A DNA stretch of 59,274 bases, filler included. It is 5 parts of 5 records of this genome, joined end to end, with 100 filler letters (N's around TTAATTAATTAA, not from the genome) between each part and the next. Parts side by side here need not be neighbours in the genome. Positions count along the whole stretch, not along the records: positions 33,410 to 43,162 come from SRR2962707_1746; positions 43,263 to 50,519 come from SRR2962707_1749; 3 more parts are not named here. One strand, given 5' to 3'. Positions 33,310 through 46,004 of this stretch are shown one piece after another. The notes beneath the pieces are model-generated. The model was given only the letters and a program-made list of their open reading frames with translations. It did no database searches and was not told where the DNA came from. Within the stretch, counting starts at the first letter, position 1, and each line of letters opens with the position of its first letter. A program made the position numbers and the translations under genes.

Positions 33310-33409
33310 NNNNNNNNNNNNNNNNNNNNNNNNNNNNNNNNNNNNNNNNNNNNTTAATTAATTAANNNNNNNNNNNNNNNNNNNNNNNNNNNNNNNNNNN
33401 NNNNNNNNN
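33310..33409. other. artificial contig spacer
   Basis: N44-TTAATTAATTAA-N44. Confidence 0.99.
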
Positions 33410-33561
33410 CAGCTCCCCAAACATCATGCTTTAATTTTTTTGCAGAATTCTGTGTGTGTGCGTCGGGAAGGATTTTGCGATGGTCATGAACAAGGGGTGA
33501 CGACCCTTCACCATTATTAATAGGAATCAGTAAGGGCAGCTCACAACAACTCACTCATCAG

Positions 33562-36500
33562 TCATTCGTTTTGTCGCAGCGATGAGAACAGCTCCACTGC
33601 GTCATCCAGCTGCTGCCGAAGCATGCGCTCGTGAAAGCAGGTTTGCAGTGTTCGAAGGTGTGCGACTGGGTCTTGCTTGGCGTCCTCTTCTGCAGCGTCG
33701 GCCTTCGCCGACAAAGCAGCTTGGTCAACAGGGCGTCGTAGCCCCACAGCGGAAGAGCCCTCTGCCGGTGAGGTTCCAGGCCCAGCTGCGTCGTCAGCAG
33801 CTCGCACAGCATGAATGAGGCTGTCCTTCAACTTGTTGCGCAGCTCGTCGTGTTGCGTTCTCCGTATTTCGTTGTACACTTTTGAGATGAGCGTGGCCCG
33901 AATCACAAGCTGATACACTTGCTGTCCGCCAATTCCTCGTTGCAGCACCTCCATGCACTCCACGAATCCAGCACCGGACAGGCCTTTCCGCCCCATAAAC
34001 ACCAAAAGGAACACTTTGAGATAATTCATTTCAATACAAACATAAACTGCGCTGTGTTTCGCACCCAAGAAGAAACAACCAACCTGCGTTGGTTGAGGGG
34101 TCAATCATGTACTCCTTGAACATCCCAACCATTGCAACGCAAAGACATGACAGAAACCCAATGTTTATTCCTGTGCGGCGAGGCTGAAAATAAACCTTCG
34201 AATATCGGGGATCGTGACTGTTGCATGTTCCACCGGCTACCAAGCATCAAGATAATCCACGAGCGATTGTCAGCAACTCTGCCGCATGCCAAAATTTTAT
34301 GGAAGCCACAGAAGCGATTGACGACACAGGAACTCACCGTAACGTAATGAAGTCGATGACGTCGTGTGCAAGCCACTTGAAAACAGAATGTCCCACAAAG
34401 GGAGAAGATCGTCGTATCTACCATTTTTTTAAAAAAACAGTGTTCACAAGTAAACCAGCAGTCCAAGCAACCTAGACTCAGAGAAACTGCTGACAACGTC
34501 GCCGGTGCAATGCCAACGCACTCGATTTTCTGTGCGAACAATGTTAAGAACCACGGCATGCTGAAATGTGCCATTTCGATACTCTGGGGCATGTTCCGAA
34601 AGTGCTCGCTGATGTTGGGATACCTGGCCACACAAGATATTTTCATGCTGGCCGGAAAGATACAAACTATGTCCAACGAGCAAGCATTTATGTCAGCTTG
34701 TGCCCGCTTCAACTCACTCGTGGTTCAAGCAAGCTCTAGTATGATCCAATATGTGCGACATGTCCTTTTCGAACATGTAAAACGGGTGCAAACGCGTAAG
34801 TACGTCGTAGAGACAAAAAAATACGTCCGCCTCCGCCTCTGCTGGAGTTTTGGAGATTGTTGACCAGGTTGCACGTCCTTGGGGTGTTTGTGGTGGACTG
34901 CAGTCAATACCAAAATGAACCATCTCAATCCCAAATTGGAACCTGCAAACCGGCAAGCATCCGGACGAAAACAACATTCAAAAAAATTGCATGAAAAAGC
35001 TCACCCCTGCAAAGCTGCTGCAACTCCATCAGTCAGGAATTGGTGAAACAACACCCATGCGATTTCGTGCATTCCCTGTACGTAGCCCGTGTGGGAATTA
35101 AGTTTTGCTTGCAGTACCAATATTCGCGCAAGACTATCTAAAAACTCCTTTGGGAACCGAAAGTTTACGCGAATCAAGTCAACGTAGATCTAGTGCCACA
35201 GACCGACATGCACACACCCCAATTCTTTGCATGAAATGGTACGCAATTTTTTATTGGACACAGATCATGCTATCAACTGCAGCAACCAACTGCACATCAA
35301 TGAGTCAAACCTGACGATACAGCTTTCGATTGGCCAGTGCGTCTGGAGACGTTGGCTTATCCATATCAGTAAGCTGAAGATTGTCGACACAATGAGCCTG
35401 AAGCAGTAACTTGTATGCACGACGCTTCGATGTCACAGCCGCTTCCCAGCCAAGCGCCCACACGCCATCGGACTGCTGCACGACTGTGTCACTGAACGGC
35501 TCAAAACAAGGGAGATAACTGAAGCAGCAATACCAACAATGCAAAAAGACATTCAAATACACGTTCGCATTGACACTTGGCAGCACTACACCGGCACAAA
35601 TAAAGTCCTCACCCTAGCAGCAATTTCCAAAGGGTTGATCGAGTCGCAGGCGGCAAAACCGTGTTGGACTGCAAAGTATCGGCATCGCGCGGCCGTGTTG
35701 AGAGAATATCCAAGTTTTTCCGGAGAACATCTGCTAAAGTGCAATTGGCATACGATGGGCTTCGTTGCTTTCGCGTCAAAAATTGGTCGCCTGTCACACT
35801 AAGATTTTTCGTTGAGGATTCTTCGCCGGGAGGCGACATTTGGCTCTCAGTCCCACTATCGGCGGCAGCAACTGTGTCATCTGAGTGCACTAAACCTAGA
35901 ATACGTGACACGTATCGTAATGTCAAATCGTGATTGCGACGAATCTTTGCCGATGCAGCGGCCATCATTCTTTCGGACTCCACGGAAGCTAGTGGAACTT
36001 CGTCAGCTGCCCTGCGTTTCGCTAACAATTTTGCCTACCAACCACAAAACATCAGTCGCTGTTCATCCGCACGTCGCCACAGTCGTTTGAAACGACGACG
36101 GAACAATAAAATTGATGCAAGCATACAATTACGAATCTAAGCACAAACCGATTTGATGTCACTGTCGCGAAGAAATTGAGACAACGACTTCAAATTTGAA
36201 TGCCAACTTTGCCGCGCCCGATCGTCCTGAGCAATTCGGGTTACAGATTGATTTGCTGGATTACGACCGTTGGCAACGCTGGATGTTGCTGCGGGTATTG
36301 CTTGTTCGATGGATCCAGGGTCACTGGGAACAGCAAAAACGCCAAGTGCAGAGGAACCGGACTCGATCGTATCAGAACCAACTGCTTCCCGTTCACGACT
36401 ATCGATCATTGAACAAATTTTAATGAGGTTTTCCAGTCGCGTCCGAACCACCCATTCGCGGTGATACATGTCATCCGACTGCAGCCCTTGGTCAAGTAGG

Positions 36501-39500
36501 TTGTATTCTTGTCGCTGCAGCCTGCAACGCAAACATGCACCAGACGCAGACAGTCAACCAATGGCAATGAACTCGAATCAACAACAAAGCGTAAATGCAG
36601 AGATCCTACGCGCCGAGCACGATGCTCCTCGATTGCCCTGCAATACACCCTCAGTCGCTTTTTCTCCGCGCGTGTGGGTCGCCCTCCAACTGCCACACCC
36701 TCCTCGAGCCCTGGCGCAACGCGTCCTTTGGCTTTTCCAGGAGAGGCAGAAGCGTTGATATGTGTGCTGCTAGAAAATAAATCGCTATCTGCCGAAGCTT
36801 CGTCGGCGAGCGAAGTACCATCCGCAGCAAACTTACGATGTTTTTTGAACCTGCGCAAGACCGACAACATGTTGTCATCGGGACGCATCGTTCCTGCGAG
36901 CACGGCAACCCGTGCGCAAACAACGTGCTACAAACGTACACCGACAAAATGTGCAGGGCTTCGGTCAAAAGAATTGAGGGCGCGACGGACGACCGCACGC
37001 GCTGAACAACTACTAGGGCAGTATCGAAACTGCACTTGAAAAGCAGCTCACGACAGGAGCAAATTGTGGCCTGAACACGGAAACGAAACGAAAAAGTCAA
37101 AATCAATCACAATTTGCATGTGGTGGCCATCGTGTTGAAAAATAATTGCCATATGAAGTGATGAGACTGTGGCCAAACTTCAACAACACACAACTCTCAA
37201 AGGTACGCACTACAACACAGCTGACGAGAAAGTCGAGATCCACGCCAGTAGTTTGAACTTGAACAATGTTTGCAAACAGCTCTGGAGACAGTCCACTATT
37301 TCCACTGTGTCCACCGGTGGCACTCAACAGTGCGGAACGCACATCGACCACGTTACCACCAGATGCCAAAAGCGCATCCCTGATAACACAAAAAGCCACG
37401 CACAACCAAAAGAACAAAAACAAGAATGCCCAGAAAGGGGTCAGGCACCAAATTTAGCGGGAAAGGCAGGTGTTGAGGCAAAAGGCAAGGGGAAACAAAC
37501 CACAGCGGAAGCACATCAGTCAAGGTTGCGGCTTGTGAGAACATCGTCAGTATCCAGGGCAAGCAGTACAGCTGAGGGGCGATCGGAGCCTCGAGGTGAG
37601 CTAAAAATAAGCTGAGTTCTGGATCAACGACCTACCGGCAAGGAACGATGGTGAAGAAATGGACGATGTGGCCGAGCAAGTAACAAAAGGAAAGGCATGG
37701 AGCAAACCTTAAGGCACTCCTCTATTTGGCGCAATGCCTTCGGCAGACCAGTTCGAAAGTCAAAAAACGGATGAAGTCGCCTGCAGACGAAAGTTGAGGT
37801 CATCGCTAAATTGTCTGTGCTGCAGCAGCACGCTTGCAAACAGTCCATTCAAAGCATAGATAAACTAGAACGTACGACAACAGCGCGTGCAAGCAAAAAA
37901 ATGTGTCTGCTTCAATATCACGGAGGGTTGCAGGCTGTAAACGTCGAAGAACTTGCCCCACGTTGCAGTCGTTACCAGTCACAGTCCAGTCACCAGCCCC
38001 TCGCAAACCATCTCTCAAGAACACAAGAAACAGCACAGATGCAATGTCGTGCATTCCTTGCACATAACCGTCAAGCGGAGCACGCTGCTGGCCGCTCCCG
38101 CGCAAACGGCCAAACACAATTAGAATGCGTGCCTGGGGTTCAGGACAGAAAGACAAACGCGCGGAATCGTAGATTTAGACGAAGCTGCAATCACCAGCGA
38201 ATCACAACAGCCATTGGTCAACTCAAATCGCTCACCAGGGCCGCTTGGTGTTGTCGGGGCAACTCTTTGCGACATCGATCCACGTCGACATAAACCTTCA
38301 GCAAAAGTAATGCCAGTGATTACTGGGATGTACACCACTCAACATATTCTCAACTCTGTCGTCAGCCGTGCGAATGAAACCGTTGCAACTCCGTACCTGT
38401 CTGACCAACTTGAGAAAATCCCGCGTTTGCCTAGCGGCTTCAGAGTCTGCATCTGGAGCTTCTCCAAAGCGAAGTACATGCTCTTTGACACCATCGACAA
38501 AGCTCCGTAAGCCCGTCGTCAACGACCCATCACTACAATCCATTAGATCGAGACCATAACCTTGAACAAGCACAGAATAAGCGTTCCTCCGTTTTGTGAC
38601 CTATAGTAGTCAATGGATCAAGTTAGTGTTGCAAATGAATGTGAGGTCTCAAAACTAGCACAAAAGCGTTCACGGTACTTCTTCTGGCCATGTTTTGGAA
38701 GCTGCATCAAGCGTTACTTTGTCTCCAGCACCCAAGTCCACCGAACGCAGAGAATGCCGCCCAAAGTTGGAAGCTGCCCGCGCCTCGTCAGGGATCAACG
38801 CCACATTATAATATCTGCCGTACCCACCACAGGCCATGTTGTCAGTGCCAAACTTCAAATAGCCGACAGCACAAACAAAGCTCAAATACGCGGCCGAACT
38901 TCAACAAACCCCAGCAATATCTTCCACAGTGATGCCCGCACCAACGGTGCCCCGTATATGGGGTGATCGTCCACCGCCGGGGTGTATGTCTCTGGTGACA
39001 CCGGGTCCAACTGCGTGCGCGACAGCAAACGCAAAGTGTGACGACCAATGCCGAGCATTTTCGAATTAATGCATCGACATTGCCCCCACCTACCTTCACC
39101 AACTGGGCTACTGATTCCCGGAACGTTCGAACGTCACACACAGTGCCTGGTGAGACACGCTCCTCGCCAGCTTCTGTACGGAGATCATCGTGTTGAACCT
39201 GGACCCAACCACTTCCAGAAAAAACAGCTGCGGCTGTCAGTGGATCTGCGGTGTCGCTGGGCTGATTGATCGCGTCTGTCCAGCCATCGTCAGCCCCATT
39301 CCCACCAGTTATAGAAGCTGAGGTTTGATCGCTGGCCAAGCGCACGAGACCTATGCAAACGGAGTCAGAATCAACGGCTTCCCCAAAGAACCATGCCCGT
39401 ACGGCAAAAAAAAAAACACATTCCTTACCTAGATGTTGAGACAGCTTTAACAAAGCTGCGCGATGCGAAAAAATCTTTGGAAGCACCTGCACAGGACCAA

Positions 39501-42500
39501 CAGTGGGGCATCACACACGAGCAAACATGGGCAAGCTGAGCCGCTCAAAAATATTCCACGTACCAGTCTAACAAATCGCGGAGACTCAGGGCGCTGCTGA
39601 AACAGCTGATTCAGACTGTGAGATGATCGAAAGAAAAATACGCTCTTCATGCTTGTCGGGTGAAGCTGGGCTTCAAATCTGAGTAATGAACAGACATCCA
39701 GCATAATGAGATTCTGAGACGGATTTCTCAAAATGACAGAAGCAGTGCATGGGGCGAGCGGTGCAATTTTAAAAGAAGACTGACCGAGCACGCGCAATAT
39801 TATCTTCTTCACTCTGAACCTTGCTGGAAGAAGATTCGCCTGTCCGCTTCGTAGCGTGCTTACTACCCCCGCTTCCTTTGGCATTGCCAGTGATCAACGG
39901 GGTTTTGCGGCCAGAATACCTGGGCACACGGCATTTGGTGACGGGTTGAGACATTCTTCACGGAGCACGTCATTTGCGGCACAGTGTCATTGTAGGATTA
40001 GCCTCACATACTGCTCCGATAAGTCGAGCGCTGCAGGAGGCTGATACGTGGGTGGCATAATAGACGTTTGGGCCATTTCGTTGAAAATCTCTGCCGACCT
40101 CCGACCTAGCTCGGCGTCGTACGAAGCCCTACATGACAACAGCACAACGAACGACAATAAGAACACTGCGGCTGAAGTGTCATGTATGTCAGAAATGCGC
40201 GCACCACCGCGAGAGACGAACGCACCGAAGCGAGTGTTTTTCGCCCGCTTCTCCATCGTCGGCCTTAGGTTTCCCACGGCCGTCATGTGCTAGGCGGAGT
40301 GCAGCTTCATTGCGTCGAATCGATGGCAGCAGTAATTGCAGCGGCGTTAGTCTGAATGTCACAACCAAAACAATAAAAATAATAAACCATCACTGAGAGT
40401 TCTTTTGCAAATGTTCAAAGTCGTGTGCAAACCAAAAGCTTGGCACTCAACACAACGCGTGATGCAATCACAAGCCCAACGAGAGAAAGTTCATCTGCGT
40501 GTATCAGACAAAAACAATTACAGCCGTGCTCGTACCCATGCTCATCCTCGCACAGCAACGCAGCTCCCATAACGGAAGGTTTGTGCTGGAATAGCTTGAC
40601 AAAAATATCAAGATCAACATGTCCTGACGGGGAATCCACGCCGAAATCGTTGTCAAGAAAAGTTCTAAACATAATCACACAGTGCATTTCTCAAAGAAGA
40701 CGATGCATGCTCACCATCTGGCATTCTTGCAATGTTTCGTGCCGCGGCGTGAAGCGCATTGCCGGCGTACACCACTCCTCGCACAGGCGATAAATTGCGG
40801 GCCGTAACGACACACTGAGGCGTGCAATCCAAATGCAGCAGCATATGAGCAACATCTGTACATCCTCCAAGTACCGCAGCATACAAAATTGTGTGGCCTG
40901 AACAAGTGGGCAAACAAGACTCGGGGTGAGATACTGACAAACTTCTCTTGCAACAACCACACGTGACCAACTTGGTTCATCCCACATTCGAGTGCTGTGC
41001 ACTCACCTTCGTCGCTATAGATTTTGTTGATGTCGAAAAACGCCAAGTTGGACCATTTTGCGTACATGCGGTGAACCGCTCCAATGTCCCCTCGTGAGGC
41101 AGCTTGAACAACGCCGTCCTGCTGCTCGCGCCAGCTTGCATATGTTTTTCCATTAACGAAGTGGAATAGCCGTCCGCTCGTTTGTCCGCTTCCCTTGACA
41201 TTGTGGTCCCCGCTTCCGCGAAGGTCAGCGCAGTCCTACAGAGTCACATCAAAATATACGCACAAGTAAGAGAGCAAATGCGTCCAAAACATGATATGTG
41301 TGTTACTTTGCGGCTGAATTGTCGATTGTATAAAAACGCAGCGCAGCGAGCCCAATTCAATACGATACTGCGTATTTCTCAAAGGACACGAACCGCTTCT
41401 GTCAAAATCTGTCGAACATTCTCCAGGGGCAATCCAAAAACGTTGATTGGGCCAATGGCAACAAGTACGCTCCCATCTTTGACCATCGAGTTTTGTGCAC
41501 CTTCAAACCCCTCAAAAACCTTCTGCCGAAACACAAGCCGATCGTACACTCGCTCATGCACCTAGTGCACCAAAAGTCAAATTACAGCAAATTACAGCAA
41601 CTGCTCATTTCACGCACGAAGGTAAGTGCCAATTATTCATCAAAGCGCAAGGACAAAGTAAAACCCACCGGTTGCAAGGCATTCAAAACCATATCCGTGG
41701 TGTTGCCACGTGGCCTTTGGTTATCTGCGCCGCTTGGCACATTTTCGGCAACCAATGCTTCTGTTGGAAAGTGGTTAAGGGAGGTAGACTGCGGGCGCCG
41801 CTGAGTCGTGGCCACACCGCCAGGGCCAGCTCCATCCCCCAGTCGCTCCATCCATCGATGGTGCATTTTCTTGCCAGCAAGTGCTTGAGAAATGTCCGGG
41901 ACGTAAGCCAGCCGCCGAGCAAGGCCATTCGCATCCACTGGGGGCAACAACAACTCAGCCGTGAAGCTGTTGCGCGAGAAACTCGAATGCCATCCAACGC
42001 CCCCCGAAATGAGCAAATCTTCTGCGTCGGATTGATTGAAGAATCGTACGACCCGCAACTTCACCTTTGGGACGTTGGCATCGTGCACGAGGGATGTCAG
42101 CGTATCCGCGTCACGGACAGCAATTTCGGTCCTGAAATTAGGGCACGCCAGGTCCGATTTTAGATACAGATAAAAAGCCTTCGAAGGCAATCCACACAAT
42201 GGCGTCAACTTACACCGACAAAACACTCAGTTCAAAAACGTACTCTCCGACAACAAGCGAAAGAATTACATCAAGCGGCTGAAGTTCCTGGCTCAGTTGT
42301 CTGCGCATTTCCGCCGTCTCAGCCTTCAGTCGTGCAAATGTCGAGCGTACGAAAGAAAGTTACATCGGAACATCCAGCGACGCAGTCATGATGCGACATC
42401 GAAGAGCGGCGAAGAGGAACCCATGCCTCAAGTTGCGTACCTTGCGTCCTTCGGTTTCAGTATTCCAGACAACAACCCCCTGTTTGGTTCGCCGATCTTT

Positions 42501-43082
42501 CCTTCGGACCACATACAGGTAATACTCTTTGGCCTGACCCAAGGCTTGGATCCATTGTGACCGCTCCGCTTGCGTTCGCGCACAAAATTTATACGTGCGA
42601 GCCTGCCCACGAGAACTTTTTACGGTGACGTGGAAATGAAGCAGGTCCTCGCGCGACGTGTACACCTGACGTATGCAAGCCCGAAAAAAGGTAGCGTTGC
42701 ACAGATCACATAGCAACATGCAAAGCAACAAAGTGTGAGACCACATTCGAACTACACTGCACAACAAACACCCCACCAAATGCAGGAGCCACAGTCACGG
42801 TTGATGTACCTGAGCACTGTCTAGGGGAATATTGGAGGCTGCTGCATTCCAGGCACCGCTGTAGACCAACAGGCCTGGGTACACCTGGGCTCTTCGCTGG
42901 GTGCGAACTCTCAGATTTTCTCCGACTTTGTAAAGTTCCCCTTCGTAGATCACCGAACGCTTGTCCACAGCCTGCTGCTCGAGTCCCGCTCGCCCATTGT
43001 CCGCCCCATGAGCCTCCCACGCCAAGTTGTGGGCGCAGGTATAGCCGAGTTCAAACCTATGGCGCAATTCACACGCACACAC
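33562..43082 (-). CDS. large eukaryotic multi-exon gene: PH-like N-terminus plus two TBC (RabGAP) domains
   Basis: PH-like IYEGELYKVG and YKFCARTQAERSQWIQAL. TBC-1: RASLWKILLG, VYVDVDR (38295-38275), GYVQGMHD, EADTFFC. TBC-2: RSTLWKLLLG, IYVDLIR (35189-35169), GYVQGMHE, EADVFFC, PWFLTLF. Many GT-AG introns; that it is a single gene is inferred. Confidence 0.68.
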
Positions 43083-43138
43083 ACACTAAGTCTTACCGTC
43101 CCACAAATACAATGCAGAAGCCACGAAAAGCTCCCAGA

Positions 43139-43162
43139 CAACAACAACAACAACAACAACAA
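43139..43162 (+). repeat. (CAA)8 microsatellite at contig end
   Basis: Seen directly; the assembly breaks inside it. Confidence 0.9.
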
Positions 43163-43262
43163 NNNNNNNNNNNNNNNNNNNNNNNNNNNNNNNNNNNNNN
43201 NNNNNNTTAATTAATTAANNNNNNNNNNNNNNNNNNNNNNNNNNNNNNNNNNNNNNNNNNNN
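43163..43262. other. artificial contig spacer
   Basis: N44-TTAATTAATTAA-N44. Confidence 0.99.
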
Positions 43263-43620
43263 TAATTACTTTTGTAAACAAGTAATTAAAATGGCTGGGA
43301 ATTACGCTTGTTATTTTGCACCAAAACGGCGCTTAATAATGTTATTGGACAAAATTAGTTTTCTACTCAAACACGGGAATAAATTTAATTTTTCAATGTC
43401 TGTTTATCGCTCAAAGCTGACTAAGAAAGCAATAATGGCTTTATTAAGTACAGTTATTTACAGAACTCCAGATAAGACACTCTTTGCCAATGTTGCCAAT
43501 GTTGCAAATGGCTAGCTAAAGGTAATTTTTGGCTTTGTATTGGTGTTTGATATGAGCTTTGCGAGCATTCGCCAGCCTCTTCATTTACATCGTAATGAAG
43601 TTTGATAGGTCTATTTTTTA

Positions 43621-44949
43621 TCAATTTATCAGCCTCAGGTGTTTGCTTACTACATATTCACTATAGTAGAGCGGCAGGACAATATATTCCTTCTCCAGTG
43701 GTGATGAGCCTTGCGTGCCGGTGAGTTTAATTGTTTTGATGGGCCGGCATTTATTTATGTACGATTGTAGTGATTTTGCTTTGGTGCGTTTACCACTTTT
43801 TACTTCGATAGGCAGTATGTTGCCTTCGTCATCAGAGGCCACAAATTCGATCTCCGCTCTTGCATCACCCCATGAATATGTTGGGTCAATGCCTTGTGCA
43901 GCAAGTTCTTGTTGTACAAAGTTTTCCGCCACAAAGCCTTTGTATTCATAGCCTTGTTGTTTTATTTCTTTATACCCAATGTTTAGCATATGATTTAATA
44001 AGCCCACATCAAAAAGAAATAACTTAACGATATTGTCTTTTTTATATGCTGCTAATGGGCTTTTAGGTGTGCCGTCAATAGGGTGGTTTTTCAGTATCAA
44101 GCGGCACTTATTTAACCAAGAAATAGCGCTTTCAAAATCACCATAGCGAGACTTTTTATCGTACACCCCTTTAAATTTAAAGCGATTAACAGACTCATCC
44201 ATAACTGACGATAACTGTGCTGGAACATTATTAAATACAGCTTCGATTAAACCTGCATCTACTTTTCCTGAGTATTTGCCGAAGTCTCGTTGATAGCCCA
44301 GTACTAAGTTTTTATGAATGTCAGTTACAGCTTGAACGCGGTCAATGATACTGTGATCAGATAAATCGAACCATGTACTTACAGCTTCAGGCATACCACC
44401 AGTAAAGCAATAATCAGTGAGTTTTGAGAATAATTTACTATGTGCTGCACTTGAGTTTGCTTGCGCTGCAAATGCCTTAATTAGAGCGGTTTCTTGCGAG
44501 GCGATCAGAAATTCGCGAAATGTGAGAGGGCGTAGATTATGTTGTTCCACCTTACCAACCGGAAAGGAGTTTAATAAACCGATATTAGAACCACTGGCGG
44601 CAATGTGCATATGCGGTGCTTGTTCAGCAAAGTATTTGAGAGATGTGACTGCTTTAGGGCATTCGCCTATTTCATCAAGGATCAGTAGATCAGTATTAGG
44701 GTCAAACGTTTTTCCTGTAAGTAGCTCAATATTAGATAGTACGTCATCGGGTGATAACGAATCTGCGAATGCTTCACTCATTTGCGGGGATTCTAAAAAA
44801 TCGATTCGAATCACGTTTGCAAAGGTACTGCCTAATAGAGTTTGTAATAAATAAGTTTTACCTGTTTGGCGAGCGCCATCAATTAATAATGGTTTTCGTG
44901 TTGGTTTAGATTTCCAATCTAATAACTTTTCTAAAATTAATCGTTGCAT
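43621..44949 (-). CDS. AAA_14 ATPase with C-terminal DUF4143 / PD-(D/E)xK-like domain
   Basis: GARQTGKT Walker A, LILDEI Walker B, GGMPE, DVGLL, ENFV and EIEF..PIEVKSG; start MQRLILEKLLDWK (or 44970). Confidence 0.92.
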   Translation of the reverse strand: MQRLILEKLLDWKSKPTRKPLLIDGARQTGKTYLLQTLLGSTFANVIRIDFLESPQMSEAFADSLSPDDVLSNIELLTGKTFDPNTDLLILDEIGECPKAVTSLKYFAEQAPHMHIAASGSNIGLLNSFPVGKVEQHNLRPLTFREFLIASQETALIKAFAAQANSSAAHSKLFSKLTDYCFTGGMPEAVSTWFDLSDHSIIDRVQAVTDIHKNLVLGYQRDFGKYSGKVDAGLIEAVFNNVPAQLSSVMDESVNRFKFKGVYDKKSRYGDFESAISWLNKCRLILKNHPIDGTPKSPLAAYKKDNIVKLFLFDVGLLNHMLNIGYKEIKQQGYEYKGFVAENFVQQELAAQGIDPTYSWGDARAEIEFVASDDEGNILPIEVKSGKRTKAKSLQSYINKCRPIKTIKLTGTQGSSPLEKEYIVLPLYYSEYVVSKHLRLIN

Positions 44950-44983
44950 GGCAGGTCTCACATTACTCATTAGATGATTAATT

Positions 44984-45035
44984 ACACTTTATTGCGCGAA
45001 TAAATGCAAGTTTTCACACTTTTACGCGCGAATAA
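44984..45035. repeat. 20-bp direct repeat, 32-bp period, upstream of the AAA-DUF4143 gene
   Basis: ACACTTTATTGCGCGAATAA (44984-45003) and ACACTTTTACGCGCGAATAA (45016-45035), 17/20 identical. Confidence 0.85.
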
Positions 45036-45287
45036 TTGTGGTGAGCTTGTATTTATTAAAACACTACTTTTTTATTGTTACCTCAACACCACTAAGTCAT
45101 GGTGACAAAGTTGTTGCGAAGTAAGCTATGTGTGTGGGCGAAAATGTGAAATAAGGTTATTAAAAAGTGCTTAAGTATGCTTCTAGATTAGGTTGACCGC
45201 TACATTTTGGAGTGGTTTATAATATGTGTAATTATAAAATGGCTTGCGTTTGGGCTGGGGCTATATTAAATTCACCACATTGAAATA

Positions 45288-46004
45288 ATGGACTATTTTA
45301 CTATGCAATTACAAAAAACGTACCCTAGACCCGAACGCCCTTCAGATCCATCTCCGCTAGCAATGGCTATTTATAACTTCGAATTAAAAGCAAAAAAGTA
45401 CCATGACGAGGCTAACAAACAGAATCCAGATGCTGAGAAGTTAAAAAAATTAGTTAAAGATTATGATCATCTACAAGCAGAGAAAAAACGCATCGAATCA
45501 GTATCAATTGCGCAAATAGCACTCAAGGAATACCGAGAATTAAATTCATCGTCTGCGCAGTTTGAACTTGCGGAAGAACAGCATCATCCAACAAATATAC
45601 TTGCGCGTTTCTTGTTTTCAGTTGGTGAACCTAAGCCGACAAAAGAGCATGAAGCACATCATATAATTTCAGGTAAAGGACGATATAACCAACAAGCCAT
45701 ATTACGAGCAAGGTTAAACCTTCATATGGCAGGTATAGGAATTAACGATCCACACAATGGTATTTGGCTTATTAACTTTGTTAAAAATAAGTCTCATGAC
45801 TGGGCTACAAAAGATGCGCCACCTCACAGAAAAATACATAGATATAATTATGAATCATGGATAGGTGGTAGCTTAGGTGGTGACATGAATGCAAATAAAG
45901 CTTTATTTATGAATAAACTTCGAAATGTAAAAGTTGCAATTAGGACTGGTACGTTGCCAAGTAAAATATTTGAGAAAATAGATAAGCAGTGGAAAGGCAT
46001 ATGA
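45288..46004 (+). CDS. AHH-family (HNH/EndoVII fold) nuclease with helical N-terminal domain
   Basis: EAHHII motif, GIGINDPHNGIWL, H...IH..Y; no signal peptide, RHS or PAAR domain. Confidence 0.85.
   Translation: MDYFTMQLQKTYPRPERPSDPSPLAMAIYNFELKAKKYHDEANKQNPDAEKLKKLVKDYDHLQAEKKRIESVSIAQIALKEYRELNSSSAQFELAEEQHHPTNILARFLFSVGEPKPTKEHEAHHIISGKGRYNQQAILRARLNLHMAGIGINDPHNGIWLINFVKNKSHDWATKDAPPHRKIHRYNYESWIGGSLGGDMNANKALFMNKLRNVKVAIRTGTLPSKIFEKIDKQWKGI

Noticed and set aside
27091..43162. Dense overlapping short ORFs suggesting an alternative genetic code or a virus
   Set aside because: Explained by GT-AG introns; spliced RING and TBC motifs read correctly in the standard code.
43291..43515. 74-aa ORF at the start of contig 4
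   Set aside because: No RBS or motif; spans AT-rich intergenic DNA and a palindromic site.
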